A DNA stretch of 64,000 bases from positions 20,088,001 through 20,152,000 of the forward strand of contig NC_043009.1 in the NCBI RefSeq assembly GCF_006345805.1, given 5' to 3'. The position numbers and the translations under genes are program-made. Below, piece by piece: positions 24,243-37,636 of the stretch. Numbering within the stretch: the first letter of the stretch is position 1; each line of letters starts with the position of its first letter. The notes beneath the pieces were generated by a model. That model was not told where the DNA came from, did not search any database, and was given only the letters and a program-made list of their open reading frames with translations. Origin of the DNA: Octopus sinensis (taxonomy: Eukaryota).

Positions 24243-26399
24243 GCCATGCTGCAGCAATATAAACACCAAAAAAAACGAAATAGAACACATCCAGACTTTT
24301 GAGACATATCTTGACACCGTCTCAGTGCATAACCGATTCTCTGAAAGTTTGAGGAATCAATCAATCTGTTGACTCCACAGCTTTTATCTAGAAGCTCATT
24401 GCTTTTTCTTCAGCAACAGATCATCAGTCACCAAGTTGAGCTTCAAGTATTTTATGATTTCACAAATATTCATTGATCTCTTATTAACATGATGGCACAT
24501 TTGAAAGGTTTTAGTTTAATCCAGGGTCTTTTGATCTCATTTAATTTGTACTGAATAATAATTGAGGGCTAGAAAATATTTTTCTAGCATCTTGGGTAGC
24601 TTGCTTTTATTATAGCCCTAGGCCAACCCAAGCCTGTGAGTGGATTTGATAGACAAAAGCTGAATGAAGCCGATTGCTTATGTTTGTGTGTGTCTGCGTA
24701 TACATACATGTATTTCGCTTTAAAATGTATGTATGTATGTAGGTATGTATATATGTATGTAGGTAGGTATGTATGTATGTATATATGTATGTAGGTATGT
24801 ATGTATGTATCAGTGTATGTGTGTGAATGTGATTGTGTGCATGTCTGTGTGTGTGTGTCTCCATGTATTGACGTCACATGTTGATTGCAAACAAAGTCAC
24901 CATTGATACCAAAACAAGAGTCATTCATTTGCAATCTTCATTGAAATCCTATCCAGCCATTGATCTGTTTATGTTTGAAGGTCTGGGGTGGAATATTATC
25001 TTATTTGGAAGCAGACGAGTGTTGGTGACAGAAAGAGCATCCAGCTGTGGAACATTAAACTCAAGGAATTTCATTTAAACCATGCAAACATGGAAAAACA
25101 GATGCTAAAATTATGATGATGATGATGAACTGCAGTTAATTAAGAATTTTTGACTCTGTTTAATTTACACCACATAATTATGTCAAAGTTGTACCTAACC
25201 ACACCATGAAATGTCAAAAATTACACAAGCAACATAAATGAAAGTTGCTATCATTTAACCCTAGATCAGACTTGATCCAGTAGACCTGTAATTAAAGATG
25301 CTCCACTTGTGACCACCCCATCTTTTATTCAGTCATATAAGACTTCACTATCTAATGTACACTAGGCAAACTCTATCCAGTAGACCTATGATGAAAAGTA
25401 TTCTTAGTGTAGCTTGGACTACATTATCCAATGTGTCCATCCTTATTGTTGCTGCTTAGCAACTTGAACCAGCAGACCTGTGGCATCCCATCTTTTGTCC
25501 AGATGTAATATGTCTTGGATTATACTATTGTGTCCTTTCTACATATAAAGACAGAGGGAGATTTGGCTGGCTGCTATTTCTAGCAACCAAGTAACCATAC
25601 AGGATCAATAAGTTAACATTTAAAACTACTGAGAACTTTTGTCCCTGTAAGCAAGTTTCCCCCCTGCAACACCCATACAGCAATTATGAAGACACAACTG
25701 CCCCTTAGGCAACCTGTGTCATCTCCCAATCATGATTGAAGGACCAAAGGCCAATTTGTTATTGGCTATAATCCATTATAAAACTAATTAAATTGATTAA
25801 AAATAATCCATGGAAATGAAGCCTGAGAAAGATATCCAACAAAACCAACTTGCAGAAAAGTGAATTCATTTGTAATCATGGCCATGGAACAATGGTTGGA
25901 ACAAGGGGAATGGTCTTTTAATTAGTTACTTTAAAGGGTTTAAGTGTGACTATGTTGTTAAAATAGTTACTTTTCAACCACATAGATCTGGGTTCTATCT
26001 TATTGTGTAGCACCTTAGGCACAAGTGTTCTAACATAGTCTCGGACTGACCAAGAATTTGGAGGATGGAATTTGGTAGATGCTAACTGAGTAAAAGCATA
26101 TATATATAATTTATAGGTAAGGGCAAAAGAAAAAATTTCTAATGCCAAAATATGCCGAAAATAGACACAACATCAATAACCATGTAATTTATAACTACAA
26201 GCACGTGTTTCGATGAAAGCCGACAGAAATTTCTAAAAAATCCCGTTATTACCATATCGGACCCGATTTCAGAGATAGTTCATAAGAACCTTCCTTTCAT
26301 CAGTGATAAATGCGGCAAAGAAATAAGTGAAATACTTATTTATACCCTGGTATATATATATATGCCAGTTTCGTTTAACTGACCTATTAAAAGCACCCA

Positions 26400-26825
26400 T
26401 CAACTGCTGAGCAATATGTTGTGCTAGTAAAGACCTGTTAAATTGAGTGAAATCAGTCGTGTTCGATGCCAGTGCCATCTGACTGGCACGTAAAAAGCAC
26501 CATTCAAGTGTTGGGCCCTCATGGAGGCAGTGACAGGTGATCAAGACCCTTGGCAATATACTGTGCATGTGTTGACCTGTCGAGCCAAGTGAGACTGTAG
26601 TCATGGCTGATGCTGGTGCCACCTGACTGGCTCCCACGCTGGTGGCATGTAAAAAGCACCCACTACACTCTCAGAATGGTTGGCATTAGGAAGGGCATCC
26701 AGTAGTAGAAACCTTGCCAAATCAGATTGGAACCTGGTGCAGCCCCCTGGCTTACCAGTTTTCAGTCAAACCATCCAACACATGACAGCATGGAAAGTAG
26801 ACATTGAATGATGATGATGATGATG

Positions 26826-26830
<5 letters not shown>
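26400..26830 (+). mobile_element. RTE LINE 3'UTR fragment with (ATG)n tail
   Basis: Matches the 3'UTR downstream of the RTE ORF end at 53898-54963. Other short copies at about 12060-12290, 18020-18240, 21420-21560, 28030-28410, 39330-39550, 49200-49380, 52540-52790 and 56010-56210. Confidence 0.75.
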
Positions 26831-26856
<26 letters not shown>

Positions 26857-27044
26857 TACAAGCACACATGCATATATAAATATGTTTGGTGAGAACACCA
26901 CTCACACTATACTAATACTTTATGAATGAAGACCTTGGTTCTGCAATGAATTTACAAATACTCCCTTATCATCCTTATTGCCAGAAATACAATGAACCAA
27001 AGACTGTCACATTTGAACTGTGATCTAAACCAGAAAATATAATA

Positions 27045-27256
27045 TATATTTCTTTATTGCCCACAAGGGACTAAACATAGAGGGGACAAACAAGGACAGA
27101 CAAACAGATTAAGTCAATTACATCGACTCCAGTGCGAAACTGGTACTTTATTTATCGACCCCGAAAGGCAAAGTTAACCTCGGTGGAATTTGAACTCAGA
27201 ACATAACAACAGACGAAATACCGCTAAGCATTTCGCTCGGCGCGCTAACAATTCTG
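27045..27256 (-). mobile_element. tRNA-derived SINE, Tx1-like tail subfamily, 15-bp TSD
   Basis: Direct repeat CCAGAAAATATAATA at 27030-27044 and 27257-27271. Confidence 0.88.
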
Positions 27257-28083
27257 CCAGAAAATATAATAGTATCATAAACATTTCATAAGTCCAATGT
27301 TTAGCATAAAGATTGATAGAATAATTACTGGGATTGAAATGATTGACTAAACCTTGAAGGGGGTGCCCAAGCATGGCCATAGTTCAGTAATAGAAACCAA
27401 TGGAGAAATACAATGTAACCAAGTGAAAATATGAAATAAGATTCAGTCTACCTACTAGTTTTGTGCCCATTCCATTCATGATCCCCACAAAAATTACAGG
27501 TATCTCAGGGAGAAAAACAAAGTTGTAATTTTGGAGATCTCAAAGCTAGTTCTATGAAGTGTGTTCTTGTTGAGCCCACAAGAATTTCAGTAGCTCAGTC
27601 CAAGTGGCTGTAACTAGTTGCAACGCTGTAAATGGTAAGCAGGATCTATGGCTTTCACTTTCCTTTGTAGAAACTTCTAAGTTAATCGAAGATCAGTCTA
27701 TCTTTACTGAGACACACTGATCTCAAGACAAAGTCTTTGGCACTGACCTCAAAATAACCAAAACGGTTCCAGAACATTCTACATGATCAATCAACTGATA
27801 CTGTTGTTGATGCTGTTCCATAACCTCAGTTAGTTCTGCTTGAAAATCCTTTTCAGAATGACAACTGCCAAAATGAATCCTTCCCTTGGCATTTTCATTA
27901 GTCAAAATATTGTCTACAGATTTTGGCCTTCGAGGCAGTAGAATATGCTGAGACAGATGTATTTTGGTGGCTATATTGACAGCAGTTTGTCTAACAGTAC
28001 AAATATTCCCCATTGACTTAAAAACAACATCATCACCCTTTAACGTCCATGTTCCATGCTGGCATGGGTTAGATGGTTTGACA

Positions 28084-28320
28084 AGGCAGCGAGCAGGCAG
28101 AAACGTTAGTACGCCGGGCGAAATGCTTAGCGGTATTTCGTCTGCCGTTACATTCTGAGTTCAAATTCCGCCGAGGTCGACTTTGCCTTTCATCCTTTCG
28201 GGGTCGATTAAATAAGTACCAGTTATGCACTGGGGTCAATATAATCGACTTAAACCGTTTGTCTGTCCTTGTTTGTCCCTCTGTGTTTAGCCCCTTGTGG
28301 GTAGTAAAGAAATAGAAATA
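28084..28320 (+). mobile_element. tRNA-derived SINE, Tx1-like tail subfamily, inserted in an RTE 3' fragment
   Basis: A-box-like AGGCAGAAACG, B-box GAGTTCAAATTCC, (GAAATA)2 tail; near-perfect TSD GGTTTGAC/TA at 28075 and 28321. Confidence 0.88.
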
Positions 28321-29382
28321 GGTTTGATAAGGTTGGATGGGGACAAGGACCACAACATACTCCATTTGTCTGCTTTAGCACGATTTCTATGGCTGGAGGC
28401 CCTTCCTAATGTCAACAGATGGAAAAATAAAGATTAAACAATTTAATGTAAACATTTCCAGTTTTCTATAAAAAAATGTTTGGCCATGGGGAAATGTTTG
28501 GAAACGGGTGACTGTCATCGACAGGAAAGGCATCAAGTTGTAGAAAATCTGCTTCAATGAATTTCATCTGACCCATGCTAGCAAGGAAAAGTGCATGTTA
28601 CAGCAATAACGATAATTATCATCATGAATTTGCTAATTAGATAAGTGTTATGAGATTTAGTAGAAAACATTTTCAGATTTAAAAATATGAGGTGAAAAAA
28701 TATCCAGATTTTGCCGGAAATATTTTGAGATTCTGTTAATGAAATTTGAACATGCAAGACTGAGGGGAAGTACAAAATACACTGAGCTGTGTAAATATGT
28801 AAGACAATGAATTGACAAACATTGATTAACTGAGATTATCTAGGCAGTCAGTACACAAAACTCCCTCTGGAAGTGTTTGACTGCTAAAAAAAGCAGCAAA
28901 GATGACAGCAGTAATATTAAGTAATTAAAATATATTTTGAAAATAATGAAAATGCAGTTAGGAATGGATTTAGTAATTAACAGTAACTGATGAAATTACA
29001 AACAGGTTTACACCTTATCTCAACTCTTCAGCAAATTATATTTGATACAGTTGGCAAGACTAAGAAGAACTCTCTCCAAACTGCAAAAGAAACACAATTT
29101 TTTCAAATGTCATTTTTTTATGGTAAATTCTGAAAATTTATTCGAGGATGTAAGTGTAAATATTCCAAGACATGCTGGTTTATGGCTGAGACCCAAATTG
29201 CAGGTAACCTTTCAACTTTCCCTGAAATGAGACGCCAGAATACAGCCTGTGTTGAATGCTACGGGTGGCAGTCACAAACAATTGTCATGAAAACTGAAAT
29301 GCAAGTGCATCTCATGGAAGTTATGGGTATAAAAATCAACTTGAACCGCATTCCTGGCATTCGTAATTTGGACACATGAGGT

Positions 29383-30564
29383 ATGACCTGATTGTCAGCA
29401 GCACAGAGGGAACAAGTTATCAGCCGATTGCAAGCCGGGCAGCATGCCCTGGTTGTTGTGAAAGCTTACAATGTCTACATCAGCACCATCTATTGCCTGC
29501 AACAGTGATATAACAACACCAACAGCACTGCAAGCTGTGCTCACAGAGGGTGCCCCTGAGTGACCACACCCAGGCAGGACTGCTTCAGCTACCTGCAATA
29601 CCTCGGTCATCGCTTCAGACCATCCAGCATGACAGCTCGCGAGACCAATGGCACTGGACAGGACCCATCAGCGAGATGGTACGATGTCAACTGACAGCCA
29701 ACAACCTGCGCTGTCATTGTCCTGCTTGAGGGCCTGTTCTGACTGCCCACCACCTTCAGGCACAACTACAGTGGGCCACACAGCACTGACATTGGTGGCA
29801 TCAACAATGGCAGTCGATAGTCTTCTCTAATGAGAGCCAGTACTGCGTTTCCACTTTGGATGGCAAAATGAAGTGTGGCATAGGAGGGGTTGAACGCTAG
29901 AGACATGTGTCATGAAGAGAGATGCATGGGGTGGCCAAAGCACCATGGTTTGGAGTGCTATAGGTCTGAATCAGAGATTTGGGCACCATGTGTTCCAAAA
30001 TGTTGGTGCAGACAGAGGGAATGGCATCACAGTGCAGCACTACGTTGACCAAATCCTAAAATCTCACACCGTGCACTTCTTCGCGCATCACCATCATCAC
30101 ATGTTCCAGCAGGACAATGCTCCCTCCCACACGGCCAGGGTCACATGGACTTCCTGCATCAGCACAACATCAGAACCATGCCATGGCCAGCTCTCAGCTT
30201 GGATTTGAACCCAATTGAACACCTGTGGGATGAAATCCAGAGACGGCTGAACCAGGTGGTCCTAAGGCCGACAACTCATGTGGAATTGGAGGCAGCTTTT
30301 CTCAGGGTGAAGGCACAGGTGCCAATAGCTTTTGGGAACTGCCTCATGCACTCCATGTACCAATGGTGTATGTCTGTATGTCATGCCCTACAATTTCAAT
30401 GTGCTGGATTTGTCCACTACCAGAACACGACAATGACCCATAGACTGTGGTTAAAGTGCATCTAAGAAATTGACTTTATCAGGTTTATCAAATTTTATTT
30501 TTGACATAATGAAATTAAAACATATTTCAGTCACATACATCTCGTGTTTCCTTTGAGGCTCAGA

Positions 30565-30566
<2 letters not shown>
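29383..30566 (+). mobile_element. Decayed Tc1-like DDE transposase element
   Basis: Translation gives IVFSNES, WGGQSTMVWSAIG, MFQQDNAPSHTA and WPALSLDLNPIEHLWDEI, with multiple stops. Probable right end ...CTCAGAG-TA against (TA)n; left TIR not found. Confidence 0.88.
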
Positions 30567-30610
<44 letters not shown>

Positions 30611-31041
30611 CTACACACACATATATATATATACACACAGGCAGTTGACCCCATAGATGCAAGACTTTATTTTGATAACTTTTAAGTTTTAAGGAGGTGA
30701 AATAAGACAGAAACATGCTTTATTTCATTAGCTGGCTTTAAATACCAGATCAACTGCCAACTGTATTTAAAAATTAATCCAACTGGTTGTTATTAGAGTT
30801 ACTGCTCTTGCGTGTTTTTAGATTAAGAATACACGAGCCCAAGAGGGAGATTTTGTCAAGAGACTGCATGGATAGTATTGATTGACAGATGCTAAATTCT
30901 TATGTAACTTTCCAGTATTTTTCTTTGAATGGTTACAATGATAAAAGATCCAAAATGATTGATCTAGTGATGAAAAGAAAAGATCACCAAGTGCATTCAC
31001 CGTAAATGCACTGGGAAGAATTAATTATGTCATCTTAAATG

Positions 31042-31262
31042 TCACCTGTAATTTCATCACAAAGTAATTACATTCTGAACCAATAAACAAGTTTTCCGTA
31101 AGAGTAAATTTAATATAAATAACTGTCTTTGCACTTCTTCTTTGACATGCTTATTTTGTGAATAAAAACTGTAAATTGTGTTTTAACTATTTATATTCAG
31201 CAGATACATATTAGATGAGAGTTACCTTGTGATGTAATACCTAATGATGAAATTACAGGTGA
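31042..31262. repeat. Inverted repeat, possible MITE
   Basis: TCACCTGTAATTTCATCA (31042-31059) and its exact reverse complement (31245-31262). Confidence 0.45.
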
Positions 31263-34200
31263 TAGATTTACTTTAATGTGCTCATTCACAATATATTTAC
31301 TATTTACTGCAGAGAAGACTGAAGAATAGTTAAAATACACACACACACTTTATTTGTGGGTTAACAAGGCAACCAATGGTTTTATGTGAAGAGATCTTCA
31401 CAATTGTTCAAGCATACCACATGGCAGTGTTAGTACTGCCATTTTGGTCATTCTCACTGTTCGATATTAGTGTATATAAACATATATACGTATATATATA
31501 TATATATATATAACACATTTCACTTTGAATACTTGATAGTTTATTTCTAATTAAAAATTTATATATGAAAATATTTAAAACAAAACAAAAAAAAAAGAAA
31601 GAAAGAAAATACTGCAAAGAATATCTCTGGAATATAAATTGAAATATAGATTTATTTCCTTATTTTCAGCAGTTCTGATAATTTTATAATTCATTATGCC
31701 ATGGAGAAAGGAAAAAAAGAGAGAGAAGAACATTTGTTGTTCTTTGAGATCAGGTGTATATGTGTGTGTGTGTGTGTGTGTGTACATATCTATATAATAT
31801 AGATAGATATATCTAAATGTCAAGTGACAATAAAAACGAATTAACTTCAAACTGGTATTTGTTTACTTTTTTGTAGAATACATGTTCACAAAAGGAGGGT
31901 CGACAGTAACTGCAAAGTTTCAGTCTGGTAGCTTTTGTTGGATGAAGGCTAGCAAGCTGAGGTCTCAAAGTCGCTACTCACACACACATACACACACACT
32001 AATGCAGCTATGGAAGATGATGTTGTTTTGGTTATGATGATGAGAGTATAGTCAAATGATCAACTGAGCTGCTCCCTACGTATTGTGTTTTTGTGTAAAT
32101 GGTTGAGTATTCCACAGACGTTTGTACTCTTAACGCAATCCTCTGAAAGGATCAGTGTGACACAGTATCTGACAAGGTTGAATCTTTGAATTACAGCTAA
32201 AATCCATTGAAAGAGCTTCCAAACAGTTTCCATCTGCAGGTTGATCTGAGGCTGATGTTAAAGAGGATTACTCCGAGTAGAGAACAGTGAGATTGAACTT
32301 GGGACCACATGAGAGTGAAGTAAACTTGTTAACCATTCAACCATGGAACCATGTCATACAGATCAATCAGCCGTCCATTGGAATCAATGAAAAATCAATA
32401 TTTTATTGGTTGTTCACAGAAGAAACTAATATGGCATGGAACTTGAGAACTCAAAACAAAGATTAAAACAAATGAAAAATAAGCAAGTGTTTAGGAATTG
32501 AAGAGTTTTAGATTCGTCTGGGAGGTGTTCTTTGTTTATTTTAGCCAACACGGCAACCAGGCCCAGGCTGGGGCAACCATAAAGTAAATAATATCAAAGC
32601 GGGTCTATACATTTGTAACATTGATGAAGCTTATTAGTCAATAGTGATGATGACGATGACGACAAATCCAAGTCTACAGTTGACTATCAATATGAAAATT
32701 TGATGCAAAAATTGTCCCCATGAATGGCAACAGAATTAATGAAAGTACTAACTTTTGATTGCCATCACAGAATTAATCAAACTGGAACGACAGCCAACAA
32801 CACTGAAATAGGATGGTAAACCCACAGCAAAATGTTTTTCTTAGAATATAAAAAGTCTTTTATTCATAAAGTAACGATAAGAAATGATATGAACAGAGTT
32901 GTTTTTACAAGCACACACACACAGTGATGTCATTTTTATACATGTTCAGAGCTGTCATTTTTTTTCTCTCTCCATATCTCAAACATACAATTACAACAAT
33001 GTTTTCTCTTTGTCATGATATGGCTTTCTCGCAACATATCTCACATTTCAAGAGTCTTTAGAATTTATTTTCATCTCATAGAATGGCCTGCTTTCATATC
33101 ACTTGTGAAAATAGGTTTGAAATTATATTTTAAAGAAAAGCTGAAATCAGCTTCTCTTCACATCTATTTTAAAAATGAAGAACTGAAAATCTTCGATAAC
33201 AGTTTCCATCGATATAAAAGATATTTACAAGCCGTGAAAAGTTGTTTAAAATACTGCACATAATTAATTAAAAGAAAGAAAAATATAATTTGCTCAATAA
33301 ATATTGTAGTGAGTGTCAAAGTTTGTTGAGATTTGTAATAATGGAACCAACAATATTTTCAATTTAACACAAGTCCATTGGTTTCCAGAAGACATCCAAC
33401 CAATTTCTGGGATTCAGTCAAACGACATCAAACATCCTGAAAGAAATTTATGGAGAACATCAAGAAATGTGAACAGAAAGATTGTTTTATGTTAATTAAT
33501 GTTAATGACTTTTTGTTGAACCTATGCCAGCAAAGAAAACTGGCATTAAATGATCATTCTTTTACCATAATGTGACATAAAATATTCTTGCATTGCTATG
33601 GGATGAAGAACAAAGACTTCAAATTGTTTAAATAGCTCAAATTATTTTTTCATTGGTAAAGAAAATAAAAATCATTTTAAGTAGATAAGAAAAGGTTTCC
33701 TTGTCAACAAGAATGAACTCTGAAGGAAACTAGGGCTAGATAAAGTATAAACCCAACCCCCCAAAATTTCTAGTTTTATGTAAAAAGGAATAGCATCAAT
33801 GCATGAGAAAATAGGAGCACAATTGTTTGGAAGGAATTGGTTTGCTTACAGCAGGTTGTAAATAGCTGAACCAGTCAAATTCTTCAACAATTTTACAGAG
33901 AGAAGATCCACAAAACAAACTGATTTATTTGCTTCCACATATAAAATGGGTCTAAACCCAGAAGCTGGTACTACTGAGATTTTGCCAATAATTCTTAAAA
34001 CAAGCAAAAAATCTTTATGCCAAAACATGAGAGAGAGAGAGCGAAAGAGAGAGGGCATTGTATTTTTCTCTCCCTAACTGCAGATTTATCACTCTGACTT
34101 CACATATCAGCAAGGTCAGAGAACTGATAATTTATCAGAGAAACTGATTGTGTTCCAAAAAGAAAATGACTTGCTAAATCACACACACATGCACGCACAC

Positions 34201-34485
34201 ACACACACACACACGCATGCACACACACACTCACACACACACACAGGTTCACTGCCCATCCATTGTAGTCATTACTTAAAAATTTCACCCTAACCAAAAG
34301 GTCATCAGATGGTGTTTGAAGGAAGAGACTTTTCTTTAAAACTGTAGCTGGATTTGAACTCAGAATATAAAGAAATGTATTTTTTTGACACTCTACCAAT
34401 TCTGCCAATATCATTAACAATGACGACGACGATGATGATGATAATGATAATAAATGAATACCTTCAAATAAATAACTAAATGGAA

Positions 34486-34573
34486 CTAAGCTCGTTGTAA
34501 CTGATTTGAAGATTTTGTTGCATCTGGTACACTTCGAAATGTCATGTAGGTGTACATTAGACTGCCAAGGACA
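34486..34573 (-). CDS. SLC35D1: SLC35D last coding exon ([28 protein letters not shown])
   Basis: Acceptor ttgcag; TAG at 34488-34486; phase consistent with the preceding exon. Confidence 0.9.
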
Positions 34574-37500
34574 CTGCAAGAGAAAATACATTGAATTAGA
34601 AATTATCGGATTTTAGCAGCAACAGGTAAGGCTTTTAGCTACACATATAAACTTGATGTACAATGCAAACTGATGGAAAGAAGGTCAGAGACAGCCCTTG
34701 TCAATGTGCGAAGAGTTTGTTGAAAGAAGGAGCTAGGTTAGGAGTACACAATTTAAAGGTAAGGTCACCTTGTTGAGTTAAGGTGATAACTGAGTGCGGG
34801 TGGTAGTAGAGTGAAGGAGAGAGAGAAAGATCACTTGTTGAGTTAGAGGGATCGGTGGAGTGAAGTCAAGAGTGCTAGCTGTGAAGAGCAATGTCCCCTT
34901 ATATGAGAGAAAGAGAGAGAATGCATATGTGTAAGACTTAGCTGTTGAGTCTTGATCAGGTAGACCTATAAGCAAAGACATTTCAGCCATGGCCATGCCA
35001 TTTTATTTCCTGAATAAGACTGCATTGTGTGTGGTGATTTCTTAAAGCCAAAGGGTGTGATCTAAGGTTTGCTTGGCAGTTACTTTTAGCAGGTTGAACA
35101 TCATGTAAAAATGCTGTTAGTATATTTTAATGTAGGGAAGGAAAAGTGAAAATGATATTAACAAAAATGGACAGAATTACAGAAAGATTCTTGTGCCAAA
35201 AATGACCAAAGATAAAACAAAAGTTTTCAGAGTTTTGGCTGTTATTGTTGTTCTAGCCTTGGGTCAGACCTAATCAAGCAGACTTGCATTCAAAAGTGCT
35301 CCAGTCATTTCCCACTCACCTTATAGTCTCTAAAATTATTTTATCTAATAATAATGTATTGTTTCTATATTCAAGACAGAAATGCTGTCATTTAAGGCTG
35401 CTATTTCTAACATGTCAAACAACCACAGAGAGGCTTTGGGGGAAAGCAATTCAATAGAATTAATGAAGTAATTATCTGTAATTATTACCATCATAGTTGA
35501 GATGTTTAATCGTGCTAGGTGGTGATGTTTGAGAGAGAGAGTGAGAGAGACTGTATCTAGAGGGGAAGAAAGAGACAGAAAGAGGAGGGAAAGGCAGAGA
35601 GAGACAGAGGAGGAAGATAGAGAGAGAGTTAAAGTACTTAGTGGAGACAATGGCCAGCTGGGGATTTGTTAGAGGGGACTTGGGAACCCTATTTGATGTG
35701 GTTATTGGATGATAAAAACAAGTTGTTTAATCCAGCAGCTGTAGACATGAAATGGTGAATGAAGTGGGCCAGATAGAGGGTGGGTTGGGGGATGAAGGGA
35801 CAAAAACAAAAATTCATTGGAGGATAAAAATATGCAGTGACTGAGACAGTTTTATCTGAAGACAGAATTTAAAGAACTTCAACTCTGTAGAGCACCAAGT
35901 AATCGACTTTTTAGATTGGTTCATGCATTGCAGATAATAAAGCCAATTCCTTCGTTCTTTTACTGTGGAACCAACTTTAACCCTTTCGTTACTATATTTC
36001 TGACCAAAATACACCCCTTATGTGTTTCAATTAATTTCTAACATAATCATAAATTTAGTCTGGTTTCATTAAACAACTATAACTTTTTTATTTATCAATA
36101 TACTAGCAGTATCGCCCGGCGTTGCTCAGGTTTGTAAGGGAAATAAGTATAAAGCATTTTTAGAGAGTTATAGCCAAAAAATAGCAAAAAAATGGAAAAA
36201 AATGATGGTAAATTTTTTTTGAGAGTTAAAAAAGGTGGAGTTGCGTCCCCTAGACAGTTTGTGGTTTGTGTTTCTGATTCTCGACCCCATGTCGAATTTA
36301 TCGATTTTTTTCAGAACTGGGGGAACTTTTCAAAATTTTTGCTGCGTTAGTTTTGAATTATGACATTTAGCTATGTGTGTGTCAAGTTTCATCAGAATCG
36401 GTTGAAAGCCGTGGTCAGGGTGAGGGTACAAGCAAACAGACACACAGAAACACGCACAGACAAACTGCCGTTTATATAGAGAGAGATTAACATGAATTTT
36501 GGAAGATAATTTAATGAAATGTTCTCAACCAATTCTATACTATAATTTTTGTCACAAAGTGACTCTAATTGCAGGTAGATACAGGTAAATTCAACAAAAT
36601 ATAAAATTATTAAAATTTTGTTCAAACATCGCTATAGAAAATGGGTTATCAGCTAATATTCAATTGGGTATACAACAAAATTTTACGATAGAATTTGTTA
36701 TTCTGGGTAACTTTCTGATACCCATAATAATATTTATGGCAAAATAGTCTTAATTTCATTTAAGGTTGTGGGAATACACTAACTATCCTTTCTTTCGCTT
36801 TGTTTACGTTTAGCGTAATGGTTCGTTTCCGCCGTAATGATTTCAAAAAGTAAAAAGAAATAGTCTAAGGCTTTACTCTTCTGGGAAAGTCTGTGGCTTG
36901 GTCCAGTTTATTCAGAAAAATCACTGAAAGAAACAGTTTTTAAATTTTCACTTCATACAGGTGCCAATTCATTTTCTTTATCGCTGTCGGAGCTCTCGGA
37001 TTCACTGTTTTCACTTTCGGAAAATGAAACATCAGATTCATTATCAAATACCACGTGCTTTTTTTTTTTAGTCATAGAGTTAGATTTATGAAGGTCTTCA
37101 GTAGAAAATCCTTCGAATTCTGACTCGCTGCTTGATATAATGAAATTCGTATCCATTTTTTGTCAGAATTACAAATTTTGAAAACACAATAGGAACAAAT
37201 TTCGGAAAAAAATCTCCCAAAATTCACGGAATTAAAATTACACTTCGATTTTTGTACAAAACTGTAGTTGAACTCTTTACGAAGTATAATACGTATTTTC
37301 ACGAATGTACTAAAGAGATTTGCTCTGATATTCTCATTTAAATATGAATAGGTAAATTCGGACGGTTTTGGGCGGTTTGGTCACATTAACCAAAATTTTT
37401 TTCGGGCGGTTTGGTAACGAAAGGGTTAATAGGTTTTAGTCTCCAATAAGAAAAAGAACTATAGCACTTACTCTGATTAATTCCACAACAAACATTCATT

Positions 37501-37597
37501 AGTGTATTGTGGAATTAATCATTGGGCTCTCTCCCTCACACACACAACATAAACATGCACATACATTATATATATATATATACAAACACACACACAC

Positions 37598-37636
<39 letters not shown>

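Noticed and set aside
28778-28790. TACACTGAGC as the left TIR of the Tc1 element at 29383-30566
   Set aside because: It matches the right end for only about 10 bp with a mismatch.
30916-31001. Possible plus-strand exon (YFSLNGYNDKRSKMIDLVMKRKDHQVHS)
   Set aside because: Weak donor, no partner exons and no recognisable protein.
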